A stretch of DNA of 64,000 nt from Candidatus Latescibacterota bacterium (GTDB lineage Bacteria > Latescibacterota > UBA2968 > GCA-2709665), in NCBI GenBank assembly GCA_965116875.1, contig OZ220733.1, positions 1,184,001-1,248,000 of the forward strand, written 5' to 3'. Within the stretch, counting starts at the first letter, position 1. Each line of letters starts with the position of its first letter. Shown in pieces: positions 30,475-40,090 of the stretch. Both the position numbers and the translations under genes were made by a program. Under the pieces are notes generated by a model. The model saw only the letters and a program-made list of their open reading frames with translations, ran no database searches and was not told the DNA's origin.

Positions 30475-30933
30475 ACAAGAAACGTCTCAAATGGCATAAA
30501 ATCGGCATAATTCTGGCATTATTGATTCTGTAAGTATCTGTTTCTTAGGGATTTTTTCGCTCTGTCTTTTACGTCAAAACATAATCCTTCAGACAGAAGG
30601 GTCGTAATTCATATGTTCGGTGAACAGATTTACCGGTGATTATAAAGACCGGTTCTGTTTTAGCACAGGCGCGATTGCTGTCCCACCAATTATGCTGATC
30701 GATATTGGGAATTCCCCAGCGACGGAGTCTGGATTTCTAATCGCTGCCAATTGATCGCGAATTGCCAAAACGATAGCTGAATCCATTAACCCATTAATTT
30801 TATTGTATTTATTTAATTGACGGGTAATTGACTGGATCCGCTGCTTGACCACCCGCGTCAGCGGCCGACTCATCTCGAACACGAACGGCGGCCAGCCTCT
30901 CTTCAGAAAGTCCCAGACTTTAGTCAGAGCCAT

Positions 30934-31275
30934 GCCAAGCCGACGGACAAAATAAGCTTGCAGCCGAGTGTCCTGCAGTAGGCTCGAGAACGTGCCCGCG
31001 TCAGTCGCGACGAACTGGCTCGCGAAATGCAGGGCAACGTCGACCGCGTCGTTGAGTGGGAGGTAACCGGCTAAGTCATCGTCGCCCGGGCAGACGGGCT
31101 CGCCGAACGCACCCACACCCTTCTGGATTTGCTGTACCTCTCACTGGCACCCGACGACAGCCTGTCCATTCCAGATTTCAGGACACGCGACGCTGACGCA
31201 GATCCACGACGTCCGAGCCTCGACCTGCCGGAAACGGTCTATGCGATACAACCCTGACAGAAATGGATGCGAGTC
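30934..31275 (+). pseudogene. Truncated XRE-HTH / ImmA-IrrE (peptidase M78) family pseudogene
   Basis: Reads ISLQPSVLQ*ARERA...EWEVTG*...LYL..P...IPDFRT...RRPS.DL.ETVY..Q.*QKWMR; in-frame stops at 30979, 31072 and 31255; peptidase domain missing. Confidence 0.75.
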
Positions 31276-31280
31276 GACCT

Positions 31281-31937
31281 ATGGCAGTACCCAACAATCC
31301 AAAGATCTACCATATCGTCCATTTTGACAGGTTGCCTTCAATAATCGCTGCCGGTGGCCTCTGGTGCGACGCGAAGATCGAGGAGTTAGGGGAAACCGGG
31401 ACAACCATAGGAATGAGCAATATCAAGAAACGCCGACTTGGTTTGAAACTAACCACCCACCCGACGCTGAACGTCGGGGAATGCGTTCCATTTTACTTTT
31501 GCCCTCGATCCGTTATGCTCTACGTGATCTACAGGGGGAATGACCCGGAGTTGGCCTACCGCGGTGGGCAGGGACCAATTGTTCATTTGGAGGCTGATTT
31601 ACGGAAAACCGTTGCTTGGGCAGAGCAGCACAATCTTCGATGGGCGTTCACCCTGTCAAATGCCGGTGCATACTACTTCGAAGACCGGTGTGACTTGGGA
31701 CAATTGTCCGAGATCAATTGGAGCGCGGTACGAGCGAATAAATGGTCCGGCATCGGCGTCCCTGTGTCCCACAAGGAAGGCAAACAGGCGGAATTCCTGA
31801 TTGAGCGGCAGTTCCCCTGGGAACTGATCTCCCGTATCGGCGTATACACCTCGCGAGTCCACGACCAAACCCTTGCAGCCCTTGAAGCAGCTACGCACAA
31901 GCCACCGGTCGAGATCAAACGCGACTGGTACTATTGA
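31281..31937 (+). CDS. darT: DarT ssDNA thymidine ADP-ribosyltransferase toxin (DUF4433)
   Basis: Motifs IYHIVH, VPFYFCPRSVMLY, SNAGA, KQAEFL, WYY; adjacent to a macrodomain gene. Confidence 0.93.
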   Translation: MAVPNNPKIYHIVHFDRLPSIIAAGGLWCDAKIEELGETGTTIGMSNIKKRRLGLKLTTHPTLNVGECVPFYFCPRSVMLYVIYRGNDPELAYRGGQGPIVHLEADLRKTVAWAEQHNLRWAFTLSNAGAYYFEDRCDLGQLSEINWSAVRANKWSGIGVPVSHKEGKQAEFLIERQFPWELISRIGVYTSRVHDQTLAALEAATHKPPVEIKRDWYY

Positions 31938-31956
31938 CGGCACGAGGAGAAAGGCC

Positions 31957-33018
31957 ATGATCGAATACAAGACCGGCGACATCCTCTCCGAACAAGCCGA
32001 AGCCCTGGTCAATACCGTGAATTGCGTAGGAGCCATGGGACGAGGTATCGCTCTTCAGTTCAAACGAGCCTTTCCTGAGAATTTCAAGGCGTACGCGGCC
32101 AGATGTAAGCAGGAGAAAATGCAGCCTGGTAAGGTGTTTGTCTTCGAAACTGACGAGCTTTTCCATCCACGCTACATCTTCAATTTCCCCACCAAACGGC
32201 ATTGGAAGGGTAAGAGCCGAATGGAGGATATTGAATCGGGTCTCGTGTCTCTCGTGAAGGAAATCAGGTCACACCAGATTCGCTCGATCGCCATTCCCCC
32301 GCTTGGCAGTGGGCTGGGTGGGTTGGAGTGGCGGGAAGTACGCGAACGTCTGGAGGCAGTTCTGAACGAACTGGAAAATGTCAAAATCGTGATATTCGAA
32401 CCGGGCGGCGGCCCTGCTGATACGCGCCCTAACCGCTCGCGTAATGTGCCCAGGATGACACCCGGACGGGCCGTGGTGGTTGAACTCATGGAACGCTACA
32501 GATCGGGCCTTTTAGATCCGTTCGTATCGCTGCTTGAAGTTCATAAGCTGATGTACTTCATGCAGATCGCGGGCGAGCCATTGAGGCTGAAATATACCAA
32601 AGGCCTTTATGGACCGTATGCAGAAAACCTTCGCCATGTGCTGAACGCCATTGAGGGGCATATGGTTAGTGGCTATAAAGATGGCGGCGATGCGCCCGAC
32701 AAGCTGTTGGAGCTTGTTCCGGGAGCGCTAGAGGACGCACGAGCGTTTCTTGAGGACAAGGCCGATACGCGCGCTCGATTCAATAGGGTTTCGGACCTCG
32801 TCGACGGGTTCGAGTCGTCGTTCGGTTTGGAGCTGCTCACAACGGTTCACTGGATCGTGAAAAGACAGAAAAGGCTCGAATTTAACAAGATCGTAAACGA
32901 CTTTTACGCATGGCACAAGAGGAAACAGCAATTCACCAAGCGTCAGATCCGGATTGGCTGCCGGATTCTGCGTGAGAAAGGCTGGATTGATTATCTCGAC
33001 ATTCCGGAAACCGTATGA
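31957..33018 (+). CDS. darG: DarG macrodomain antitoxin / DNA ADP-ribosylglycohydrolase
   Basis: Motifs ALVNTVNCVGAMGRGIA, NFPTK, IPPLGSGLGGL; DarG C-terminal KLMYF, YGPY, GFES..GLELL. Confidence 0.93.
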   Translation: MIEYKTGDILSEQAEALVNTVNCVGAMGRGIALQFKRAFPENFKAYAARCKQEKMQPGKVFVFETDELFHPRYIFNFPTKRHWKGKSRMEDIESGLVSLVKEIRSHQIRSIAIPPLGSGLGGLEWREVRERLEAVLNELENVKIVIFEPGGGPADTRPNRSRNVPRMTPGRAVVVELMERYRSGLLDPFVSLLEVHKLMYFMQIAGEPLRLKYTKGLYGPYAENLRHVLNAIEGHMVSGYKDGGDAPDKLLELVPGALEDARAFLEDKADTRARFNRVSDLVDGFESSFGLELLTTVHWIVKRQKRLEFNKIVNDFYAWHKRKQQFTKRQIRIGCRILREKGWIDYLDIPETV

Positions 33019-36014
33019 ACACAGACACCACTGAACGCGGTCTTGAAAGCCTCATCTGTGCGGCGTTGGCCGGCGACCCGGACGATAAGACGGAATCGGG
33101 GGACGCTGGTGACAGGCCGGCCACCTACAGTGCGGGCTGGCTTCACGGAAACTCGCATGACTACGACCGGGAATTCTGTGTGGACTTGAGTCACCTCTCT
33201 ACGTTCCTTAACCTGACACAGCCCGAAGTTGCCGAGTCTCTGGACCTTGCGCAGGAAAACCCCACGCGGCGGAAATTCCTGGCGCGCCTGCAGGGTGAGA
33301 TCGCCAAACGCGGCGCGATCGATGTCCTGCGCAGAGGAATCAAGCACGGACGCCACCAGATCGACCTCTTCTACGGCGCGCCGTCGCCGGGAAACGAGAA
33401 GGCCAAAGCTCGGTACGAACATAACCGTTTCAGCGTCACCCGGCAACTTCAATACAGCCAGGACAATACCCTGCTGGCACTTGATCTGTGTCTGTTCATC
33501 AACGGCCTGCCCGTAGCCACTTTCGAACTGAAGAACAGTCTGACCAAACAGACGGTCGACGACGCCGTTGAGCAGTACATACGTGACCGAAACCCTATCG
33601 AAAAGCTGTTCGAATTCGGTCGCTGTCTCGTCCACTTTGCCGTCGATGACCACGAAGTGCATTTCTGCACCCATCTCAGGGGCAGGGCGTCGTGGTTCCT
33701 GCCGTTCAACAAAGGTTGGGACGACGGCGCCGGTAATCCTCCTAATCCGAATGGATTGAAGACAGATTATCTGTGGAAAGAGGTGCTCACGCGTGAAGGG
33801 CTCACGGACATCATTGAGAACTACGCCCAGATCGTTGAGACCAGGGATGAGAAGACCGGGCGCGTTAAGCGGGAGCAGATCTGGCCGCGCTATCATCAAC
33901 TTGACGTCGTGCGAAAACTGCTGTCAGATATCCCGGAATCAAGGGTCGGCAGACGATATCTGATCCAGCACTCGGCCGGCAGCGGGAAGTCCAACTCTAT
34001 CGCGTGGCTGGCTCACCAGATGATCGCACTCAAAGATGGCGACCAGCCGCTGGTCGATTCGATCATCGTCGTTACCGATCGACGGGTACTGGATCGTCAG
34101 ATCAGGAATACCGTAAAGCAGTTCGCGCAGGTCGCCGCCATCGTCGGACACGCGGACAGATCCGCAGACCTCAGCGCTTTTCTGGGGTTGGGCAAAAAAC
34201 TCATCATCACGACGGTCCAGAAATTCCCCTTCGTGCTGGACAAGATCGGCGATGAACACCGCGGACGCCGGTTCGCCATCATCATCGACGAGGCCCATTC
34301 GAGCCAGGGCGGAAAGATGTCCGCCGCTGTCTCGATGGCGCTGGGTGAGAGTGGAGATGACGACGATGATGACACGACCGAGGACAAAATCAACCGGTTG
34401 ATGGAATCCAGACAGATGTTGTCGAATGCCAGTTACTTCGCGTTTACGGCAACGCCAAAGAACAAGACCCTTGAGATATTCGGCGATCCAGAAGACCGTG
34501 GGGCGAACGTCGGACACGTACCCTTCCATAGCTATACAATGAAACAGGCGATACAGGAGCGGTTCATCCTGGACGTGCTGGCTCACTACACGCCGGTGGC
34601 AAGTTACTACCGACTTATGAAGAAGATTCCTGACGATCCTGTCTTTGACACAAGGAAGGCGCAAAGAAAGCTTCGCCGATACGTCGAATCTCACGAACAC
34701 GCAGTACGCCAGAAGGCGGAGATCATGGTCGATCACTTTCACGACCAGGTTATCGCGCGACAGAGAATCGGCGGACAGGCCCGTGCGATGGTGGTTACCA
34801 GTGGAATTGAGCGCGCGATCCAGTACTTTCACGCCTTCCAGGACTATCTGGTGGAACGTAAGAGTCCGCATCGAGCAATCGTCGCATTCTCGGGAGAACA
34901 TGAGTACGGCGGCCGCAAAGTCACCGAAGCTTCGCTGAATGGCTTTCCGTCCGGTCAGATCGCCGACATGATTCAAAAGGACCCCTATCGGTTCCTGATC
35001 TGTGCCGACAAATTCCAGACCGGGTACGACGAGCCCCTCCTGCACACCATGTACGTGGACAAAGTCCTCGCCGGAATCAAGGCCGTGCAGACCCTTTCGC
35101 GCCTGAACCGGGCCCATCCCCTGAAGCACGACACGTTTGTGCTGGACTTCATGAACGAAGCGGACGAAATCAGGATGGCGTTCGAGGACTACTACCGAAC
35201 CACCATCCTGGCAGAAGAGACGGATCCTGACAAACTTCACGACCTGAAGGCGAGTCTGGACGGGTATCAGGTATACGGTTGGGACCAGGTGGAGGAACTG
35301 GTCTCATTATATCTGGATGGTGCGGAGAGGGACCGGTTGGATCCGATTCTGGATGCGTGCGTGGCGGTGTATCGGTCCGAACTCGACGAGGATGGACAGG
35401 TTGAATTCAAGGGCCACGCGAAGGCTTTTTCCCGCACTTACGCGTTCCTGGCGCCAATTCTGCCTTATTCCAATATGGAGTGGGAAAAGCTTTCAATATT
35501 CCTGAATTTTCTGATTCCAAAACTGCCGACCCCTGTCGAAGAAGACCTCTCGAAGGGCATTCTTGAGGCGATCGACATGGATAGCTACCGCGTCGAAGTC
35601 CAGGCGACGATGAAGATCGCGCTCGCAGACGAGAACGCGGAAATCGATCCCGTACCGGCCGCTGGCGGGACCGGAAAGCCCGAACCTGAAATTGACCACC
35701 TCAGCAACATCCTGAGGACGTTCAACGAACTGTTCGGGAACATCGAATGGAAGGATGGAGACAAGATCGGTAGGGTCATCACCGAAGAGTTACCGGCGAA
35801 GGTGGCCGCCGACACGGCCTATCGGAACGCTATGGAAAACTCGGACAGGCAGAACGCCCGGATCGAACACGACAAGGCGCTTGAGAGAGCCGTGACCGCA
35901 CTGCTATCCGATCACGCCGAGCTGTTCAAACAGTTCAGCGACAACGAATCATTCCGGAAATGGCTATCCGAGACCAACTTTCGTTCCACCTACCGCCAGC
36001 CAGCCAACGTCTGA
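33015..36014 (+). CDS. hsdR: Type I R-M restriction/motor subunit
   Basis: FELKN nuclease motif, QHSAGSGKS, DEAH, FTATPK, QTGYD, QTLSRLNR. Confidence 0.96.
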   Translation: MNTDTTERGLESLICAALAGDPDDKTESGDAGDRPATYSAGWLHGNSHDYDREFCVDLSHLSTFLNLTQPEVAESLDLAQENPTRRKFLARLQGEIAKRGAIDVLRRGIKHGRHQIDLFYGAPSPGNEKAKARYEHNRFSVTRQLQYSQDNTLLALDLCLFINGLPVATFELKNSLTKQTVDDAVEQYIRDRNPIEKLFEFGRCLVHFAVDDHEVHFCTHLRGRASWFLPFNKGWDDGAGNPPNPNGLKTDYLWKEVLTREGLTDIIENYAQIVETRDEKTGRVKREQIWPRYHQLDVVRKLLSDIPESRVGRRYLIQHSAGSGKSNSIAWLAHQMIALKDGDQPLVDSIIVVTDRRVLDRQIRNTVKQFAQVAAIVGHADRSADLSAFLGLGKKLIITTVQKFPFVLDKIGDEHRGRRFAIIIDEAHSSQGGKMSAAVSMALGESGDDDDDDTTEDKINRLMESRQMLSNASYFAFTATPKNKTLEIFGDPEDRGANVGHVPFHSYTMKQAIQERFILDVLAHYTPVASYYRLMKKIPDDPVFDTRKAQRKLRRYVESHEHAVRQKAEIMVDHFHDQVIARQRIGGQARAMVVTSGIERAIQYFHAFQDYLVERKSPHRAIVAFSGEHEYGGRKVTEASLNGFPSGQIADMIQKDPYRFLICADKFQTGYDEPLLHTMYVDKVLAGIKAVQTLSRLNRAHPLKHDTFVLDFMNEADEIRMAFEDYYRTTILAEETDPDKLHDLKASLDGYQVYGWDQVEELVSLYLDGAERDRLDPILDACVAVYRSELDEDGQVEFKGHAKAFSRTYAFLAPILPYSNMEWEKLSIFLNFLIPKLPTPVEEDLSKGILEAIDMDSYRVEVQATMKIALADENAEIDPVPAAGGTGKPEPEIDHLSNILRTFNELFGNIEWKDGDKIGRVITEELPAKVAADTAYRNAMENSDRQNARIEHDKALERAVTALLSDHAELFKQFSDNESFRKWLSETNFRSTYRQPANV

Positions 36015-36280
36015 TACGAGTACTCCCTCTGATTCGCTTATTGTTGCGACGCCCCCCGCTCTGATCAAATACAACCCTTTACTTCACGTCGAATGTTTCC
36101 CATATTAGGCGAAGACCCATAGACGGTGATGGGCGTACGCGGCGACTGGTGTTCTATCGTCGCTATTGCAGATATGCCGTTGACGCAAACCTGCGAAATC
36201 TTCTTCGGTCCGTATCCGCACCTTTGGCCTGCGGCGCGGCGCCGGGGGAAACTCTACACCACCTGACAGGAGGGATAACC

Positions 36281-36601
36281 ATGGCCAATTACTTGTTCCG
36301 CACCAGGTACACGCGGTCCGGTCTTCAGGGCCTGCTCAAAGAGGGAGGCACCGGCCGGCGGGAGGCTTTGCGGCAGACCGTGGAAGGGATGGGCGGCAAG
36401 CTGGAGGGCTTCTACTATGCGATGGGCGATGACGACCTCATCCTGCTCGCCGAGATTCCCGATGAAACCACTGCTGCGGCCATCGCCCTCAACATTGCCG
36501 CGGCAGGCGCTCTGGAAGTCTCCACGACGGTCCTCGTTTCGCCGGAGACCATTGACGAAGCGGTGAACAAGAGCGTGCCGTACCGTCTGCCTGGCGAATA
36601 A
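36281..36601 (+). CDS. GYD domain protein
   Basis: Motifs YT..GL.GL, GGKLEGFYYAMGDDD; RBS AGGAGG. Confidence 0.85.
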   Translation: MANYLFRTRYTRSGLQGLLKEGGTGRREALRQTVEGMGGKLEGFYYAMGDDDLILLAEIPDETTAAAIALNIAAAGALEVSTTVLVSPETIDEAVNKSVPYRLPGE

Positions 36602-36795
36602 ATCAAGCGAAGCCTCTTGGAATCAGGATAGCCGGAAGCCGGCACGGGAATCGCGGAGGCGTCGATGCGTGTCGAACGCCGTACCGACAGTGATCGGTCA
36701 ATTCACCGGATTGTCTTGCCTGTACGGGCCCCTTTTCGCATCTGGGAAGGGGCCAGTTTCGTGTTCAACCCGATGGGTTTCACGAGGTTTGACTA

Positions 36796-38994
36796 ATGAC
36801 AATTCATGTCGAAGGCCAGGTCCGCGACGCCTCTTCGCGTCGCGCAATTGAGAACGTCTCCGTTTCCAACGGGGAACACGTGGTGCGGACGGATGCGGAC
36901 GGACGTTACGCGCTGGAGGTCTCTCCGGGCGGGCACCGCTTCGTTTTTGTCTCGGTTCCGGATGGCTTCCGGTCCGGTGAGGGATTCTATCGTTCGACGA
37001 TTGGATGGACACGCGAACAGCACGATGTCGACTTCGAGCTGGCGAGGCTGCCGGATGCGGACCGGCGGACCTTTTCGATGGCGCATATCAGCGATACCCA
37101 CGTGGTGCTTGACGAAGGCCGGATCCAGGGCGAGGTATTGTCGCAGGATCTGCGGCAACTCGAACGGGACGCCCGTCCGGACCTGATTGTTGCGAGCGGC
37201 GACCTCACGGATTGGGGGACGCTGGAGGAACTCCAACAGCTTCGCGCCGCCATCGGCTGCGTTTCGACGCCCGTGTTGCCCATGTTCGGCGGACACGACG
37301 GAAATCACGAGCGTTTCGGCGATCTGACTGTCGAAGAGCTTGTCGCATTGAAACACAGGAGGGAATACGCGAAGATCGAGGAGATCCTGAAGCAACGCGA
37401 AGGGCAACCCTTCACGCGCCACTATGAACGGGTACTCGGCCCGCCGTATTACAGTTTCGATCGCGGGCGATGGCATTTCGTACTCTATCCGAACGAGGAT
37501 AATTTCTACCCGACGCGGGACCGGAAGCGGAAGGAAGACTGGTTGTGGGCCGACCTGTCACAACAGCCGTGCGATCGACAAATCGTCGTCTTCCTTCACA
37601 AGCCGCCGTCCATCCCTTTCCTGAATTCCTTACGCCGGCACCCGGTAAAGCTGGTCATGCATGGACATTGGCACTCCAGCAAGGTGTTCTCCCGGGACGG
37701 GATTGTCGTGGCGGCGGTACCCCCGCTGTGTTTCGGCGGCCTTGATACGCGACCGCGTGGGTATCGCATCGTAGAATTTCGAGAGGATGCCTTCGAGTTC
37801 AGGCTCAGGCCTCTCACACGCGCCGGGAGCCCGTCGCCGCGTGAGGCTGACGATCCGATCCCGCTCGAAAAGGAGGTTAAGGGCTTTCGGCTGCTCTGGA
37901 CGCATCGGCTTCCGGTGGGGTTGCACCGCGCGGCGCCGGTACATTCCGGCGACCGGATCCTCGTGAGCCTGGCGGACGAAGGATATCCGGCACAGAACGG
38001 CGTGGCGTGTCTCGACGCTCGAAGCGGCGCGCTTGCATGGCGCGTTTCTACAGACACAGCCGTCAAGAACAGCGTGGCGGTCACCCGCGCGTCAGGATCC
38101 GCAGATGATGCGACCGGTCTATGCGCCGCGGTGTCCGTTGCCGGACGATTGTATGCAATCGATACGGAATCCGGAAGCGTTCGCTGGAAGGCCGATCTTC
38201 CCGGTTTTCCGGAACGGTGGATCTATGCTTCTCCGGTCATCGCCGGCGAGACGGTGTACGCGGGCGGCAAGGCCGGCATGGGCGCCTACGACCTGAAAAC
38301 CGGCGAGGAACGCTGGTACACATCGATTGAAGGCGGCGACGGCTGGCCGTGCTACGCGAGCCCGCGGGTTTGCGGCGACCTGCTCATTCTACTCGTCCAG
38401 CGGCGGGGGTTGATGGCGCTGGACAGGAGCAATGGGACCGTGGTCTGGGAACGGGTTATGGGCGTCGAAAATCCCTACGCCCGGCCCGTGGTGAATGGCG
38501 GCCTGCTGGTCACCGGCAGCGGCGCCCCGGATCTTCACTGGTATGGTGGAAAACCGGCGCATCTGGCGGTCCTGAGCGTCAGAACGGGCGAGGTGGTGTG
38601 GAACCGGGCTGTGCTTCCGTCGAGGTATCCCACCGGACTCGCGGTACGGGAAGACCGGTTCTACGCAGCAACGCCGGACGGCGAGGTATTCTGTATCGAT
38701 CTCCAGTCGGGCGCGGTGATGTGGCGCTTCCGGACAGGCAATGACCTGATGGACATGGTCCCGGCCCGCCGCGACGTCGGGTCCATCCTTGCGGCGCCGG
38801 TCATTTATAAGGAATGCCTTCTCATTTGTGGCATGGACGGTTGCCTTTACGTCCTGAACGCGGGGACCGGCGCCTGCGTCAGCCGTACGGACCTGAGCGC
38901 CCCGATCGCAGCCGCGCCCTGCCTGACCGAAGACGGGTTCTGTGTGGGCACGTACGACGGGCACCTGTATTGTTTCGCTGAATGTGCGGGATAG
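36796..38994 (+). CDS. Calcineurin-like metallophosphoesterase fused to PQQ-like beta-propeller repeats
   Basis: Motifs HISDTH, SGDLTD, GGHD, HGHWH; repeated (A/L)DxxSGxxxW blades. Confidence 0.85.
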   Translation: MTIHVEGQVRDASSRRAIENVSVSNGEHVVRTDADGRYALEVSPGGHRFVFVSVPDGFRSGEGFYRSTIGWTREQHDVDFELARLPDADRRTFSMAHISDTHVVLDEGRIQGEVLSQDLRQLERDARPDLIVASGDLTDWGTLEELQQLRAAIGCVSTPVLPMFGGHDGNHERFGDLTVEELVALKHRREYAKIEEILKQREGQPFTRHYERVLGPPYYSFDRGRWHFVLYPNEDNFYPTRDRKRKEDWLWADLSQQPCDRQIVVFLHKPPSIPFLNSLRRHPVKLVMHGHWHSSKVFSRDGIVVAAVPPLCFGGLDTRPRGYRIVEFREDAFEFRLRPLTRAGSPSPREADDPIPLEKEVKGFRLLWTHRLPVGLHRAAPVHSGDRILVSLADEGYPAQNGVACLDARSGALAWRVSTDTAVKNSVAVTRASGSADDATGLCAAVSVAGRLYAIDTESGSVRWKADLPGFPERWIYASPVIAGETVYAGGKAGMGAYDLKTGEERWYTSIEGGDGWPCYASPRVCGDLLILLVQRRGLMALDRSNGTVVWERVMGVENPYARPVVNGGLLVTGSGAPDLHWYGGKPAHLAVLSVRTGEVVWNRAVLPSRYPTGLAVREDRFYAATPDGEVFCIDLQSGAVMWRFRTGNDLMDMVPARRDVGSILAAPVIYKECLLICGMDGCLYVLNAGTGACVSRTDLSAPIAAAPCLTEDGFCVGTYDGHLYCFAECAG

Positions 38995-39214
38995 ACCTGG
39001 CGGACCGGCACGATTCAACTTCAGTTTGTCTTTTGCCCCGGCGGCGGAATAACTCACCCGTTTGAGACAGTCCGTCTCCACGCTATCGCCACGCCCAACC
39101 TGCGTCTCTCCGTGCAATGTGTGACAGCTGCCCGCAAGGCAGGATCCCGTTGTCATAATGGCGAGTAAGTGACAAATAATCACATACTATCTCGCCAACT
39201 CAACAAATTCTGTA

Positions 39215-39271
39215 TTGACGTATGTGCCAATAAGCAGTAAATTTATGGCGACTATGTCCACTATACGTCAA
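39215..39271 (+). promoter_or_regulatory. sigma70 promoter of the abiE operon with an inverted repeat
   Basis: TTGACG-N17-TAAATT; inverted repeat TTGACGTAT (39215-39223) / ATACGTCAA (39263-39271). Confidence 0.62.
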
Positions 39272-40090
39272 AGGAGCGGTCCGGTAAGACTCAATGAGTT
39301 CCTGGCGCGGCACGCCGTGTTTACAGTCGACCAGTTGGATCGCTTCCTGTCCGATCGAGGTTCAGAGAATACCAGCACCCGCAAGTCGCTGTTGACCTAT
39401 CACCGCAAGCGAGGACGGGTCGTCCGCATCCGCCGCGGACTTTACGCGTCCGTACCCACGGGAACAGACCCGGCTTTCGTGTCGGTCGATCCGTATCTCG
39501 TAGCGGCCAGGATGACCGCGGATGCGGTGTTGGCTTACCACACGGCCCTGGAGTTCCACGGGAGGGCCTATTCGGTCCATTGGAGACTGGTCTATATCTC
39601 GGCGAGCAAGTCGCTTCCACTCACGTTCCAGTCCCACTCATTCCGTAGCGCCCCCGTGCCGCCTCCGCTCCGGGCCAAGGGTGAAGAGTTCTACGGGGTC
39701 ACACGCCAGGAGCGCTCCGGCGTAGAAATCCGGGTCACCAATCACGAAAGAACACTCGTCGACGTGCTGGACAGGCCGGATCTAACTGGAAGCTGGGAAG
39801 AGATATGGCGGTCGCTGGAGTCTGTGGAGTTCTTCGATCTGGATCAGGTCATTGAGTACACCCGACTGCTGGAAAACGCGACGACGGCCGCAAAGGTGGG
39901 GTTCTTTCTGGAACAAAACAGGGATTCCCTGATGGTCGAGGAAGCCCACCTCGAAACCCTGCGCAAGCTCCGTCCACGGCAACCCCACTACATTGAACGG
40001 AAGCGATCGAGGGGTTGTCGCCTCGCACGAGAATGGAACCTGATGATACCGGGCGAAATCCTGAATCGAACCTGGGAGGACGCGCTGTGA
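39254..40090 (+). CDS. Type IV TA antitoxin AbiEi-like transcriptional regulator
   Basis: wHTH RIRRGLY, LAYHTALEFHG, VTNHERTLVD; upstream of the nucleotidyltransferase; start uncertain. Confidence 0.85.
   Translation: MSTIRQRSGPVRLNEFLARHAVFTVDQLDRFLSDRGSENTSTRKSLLTYHRKRGRVVRIRRGLYASVPTGTDPAFVSVDPYLVAARMTADAVLAYHTALEFHGRAYSVHWRLVYISASKSLPLTFQSHSFRSAPVPPPLRAKGEEFYGVTRQERSGVEIRVTNHERTLVDVLDRPDLTGSWEEIWRSLESVEFFDLDQVIEYTRLLENATTAAKVGFFLEQNRDSLMVEEAHLETLRKLRPRQPHYIERKRSRGCRLAREWNLMIPGEILNRTWEDAL

Noticed and set aside
30575-30760. tRNA-like fragments (CATAATCC..GGTCGTAATTC; GGATTTCTAATC) as an att core
   Set aside because: Too short and degenerate to fold or assign.
30640-31116. 158-aa minus-strand ORF in the island
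   Set aside because: Partly antisense to the ImmA pseudogene and crosses AT-rich non-coding sequence; no recognisable domain.
32991-35240. Antisense ORFs of 302 and 433 aa within hsdR
   Set aside because: Typical mirror frames of hsdR.
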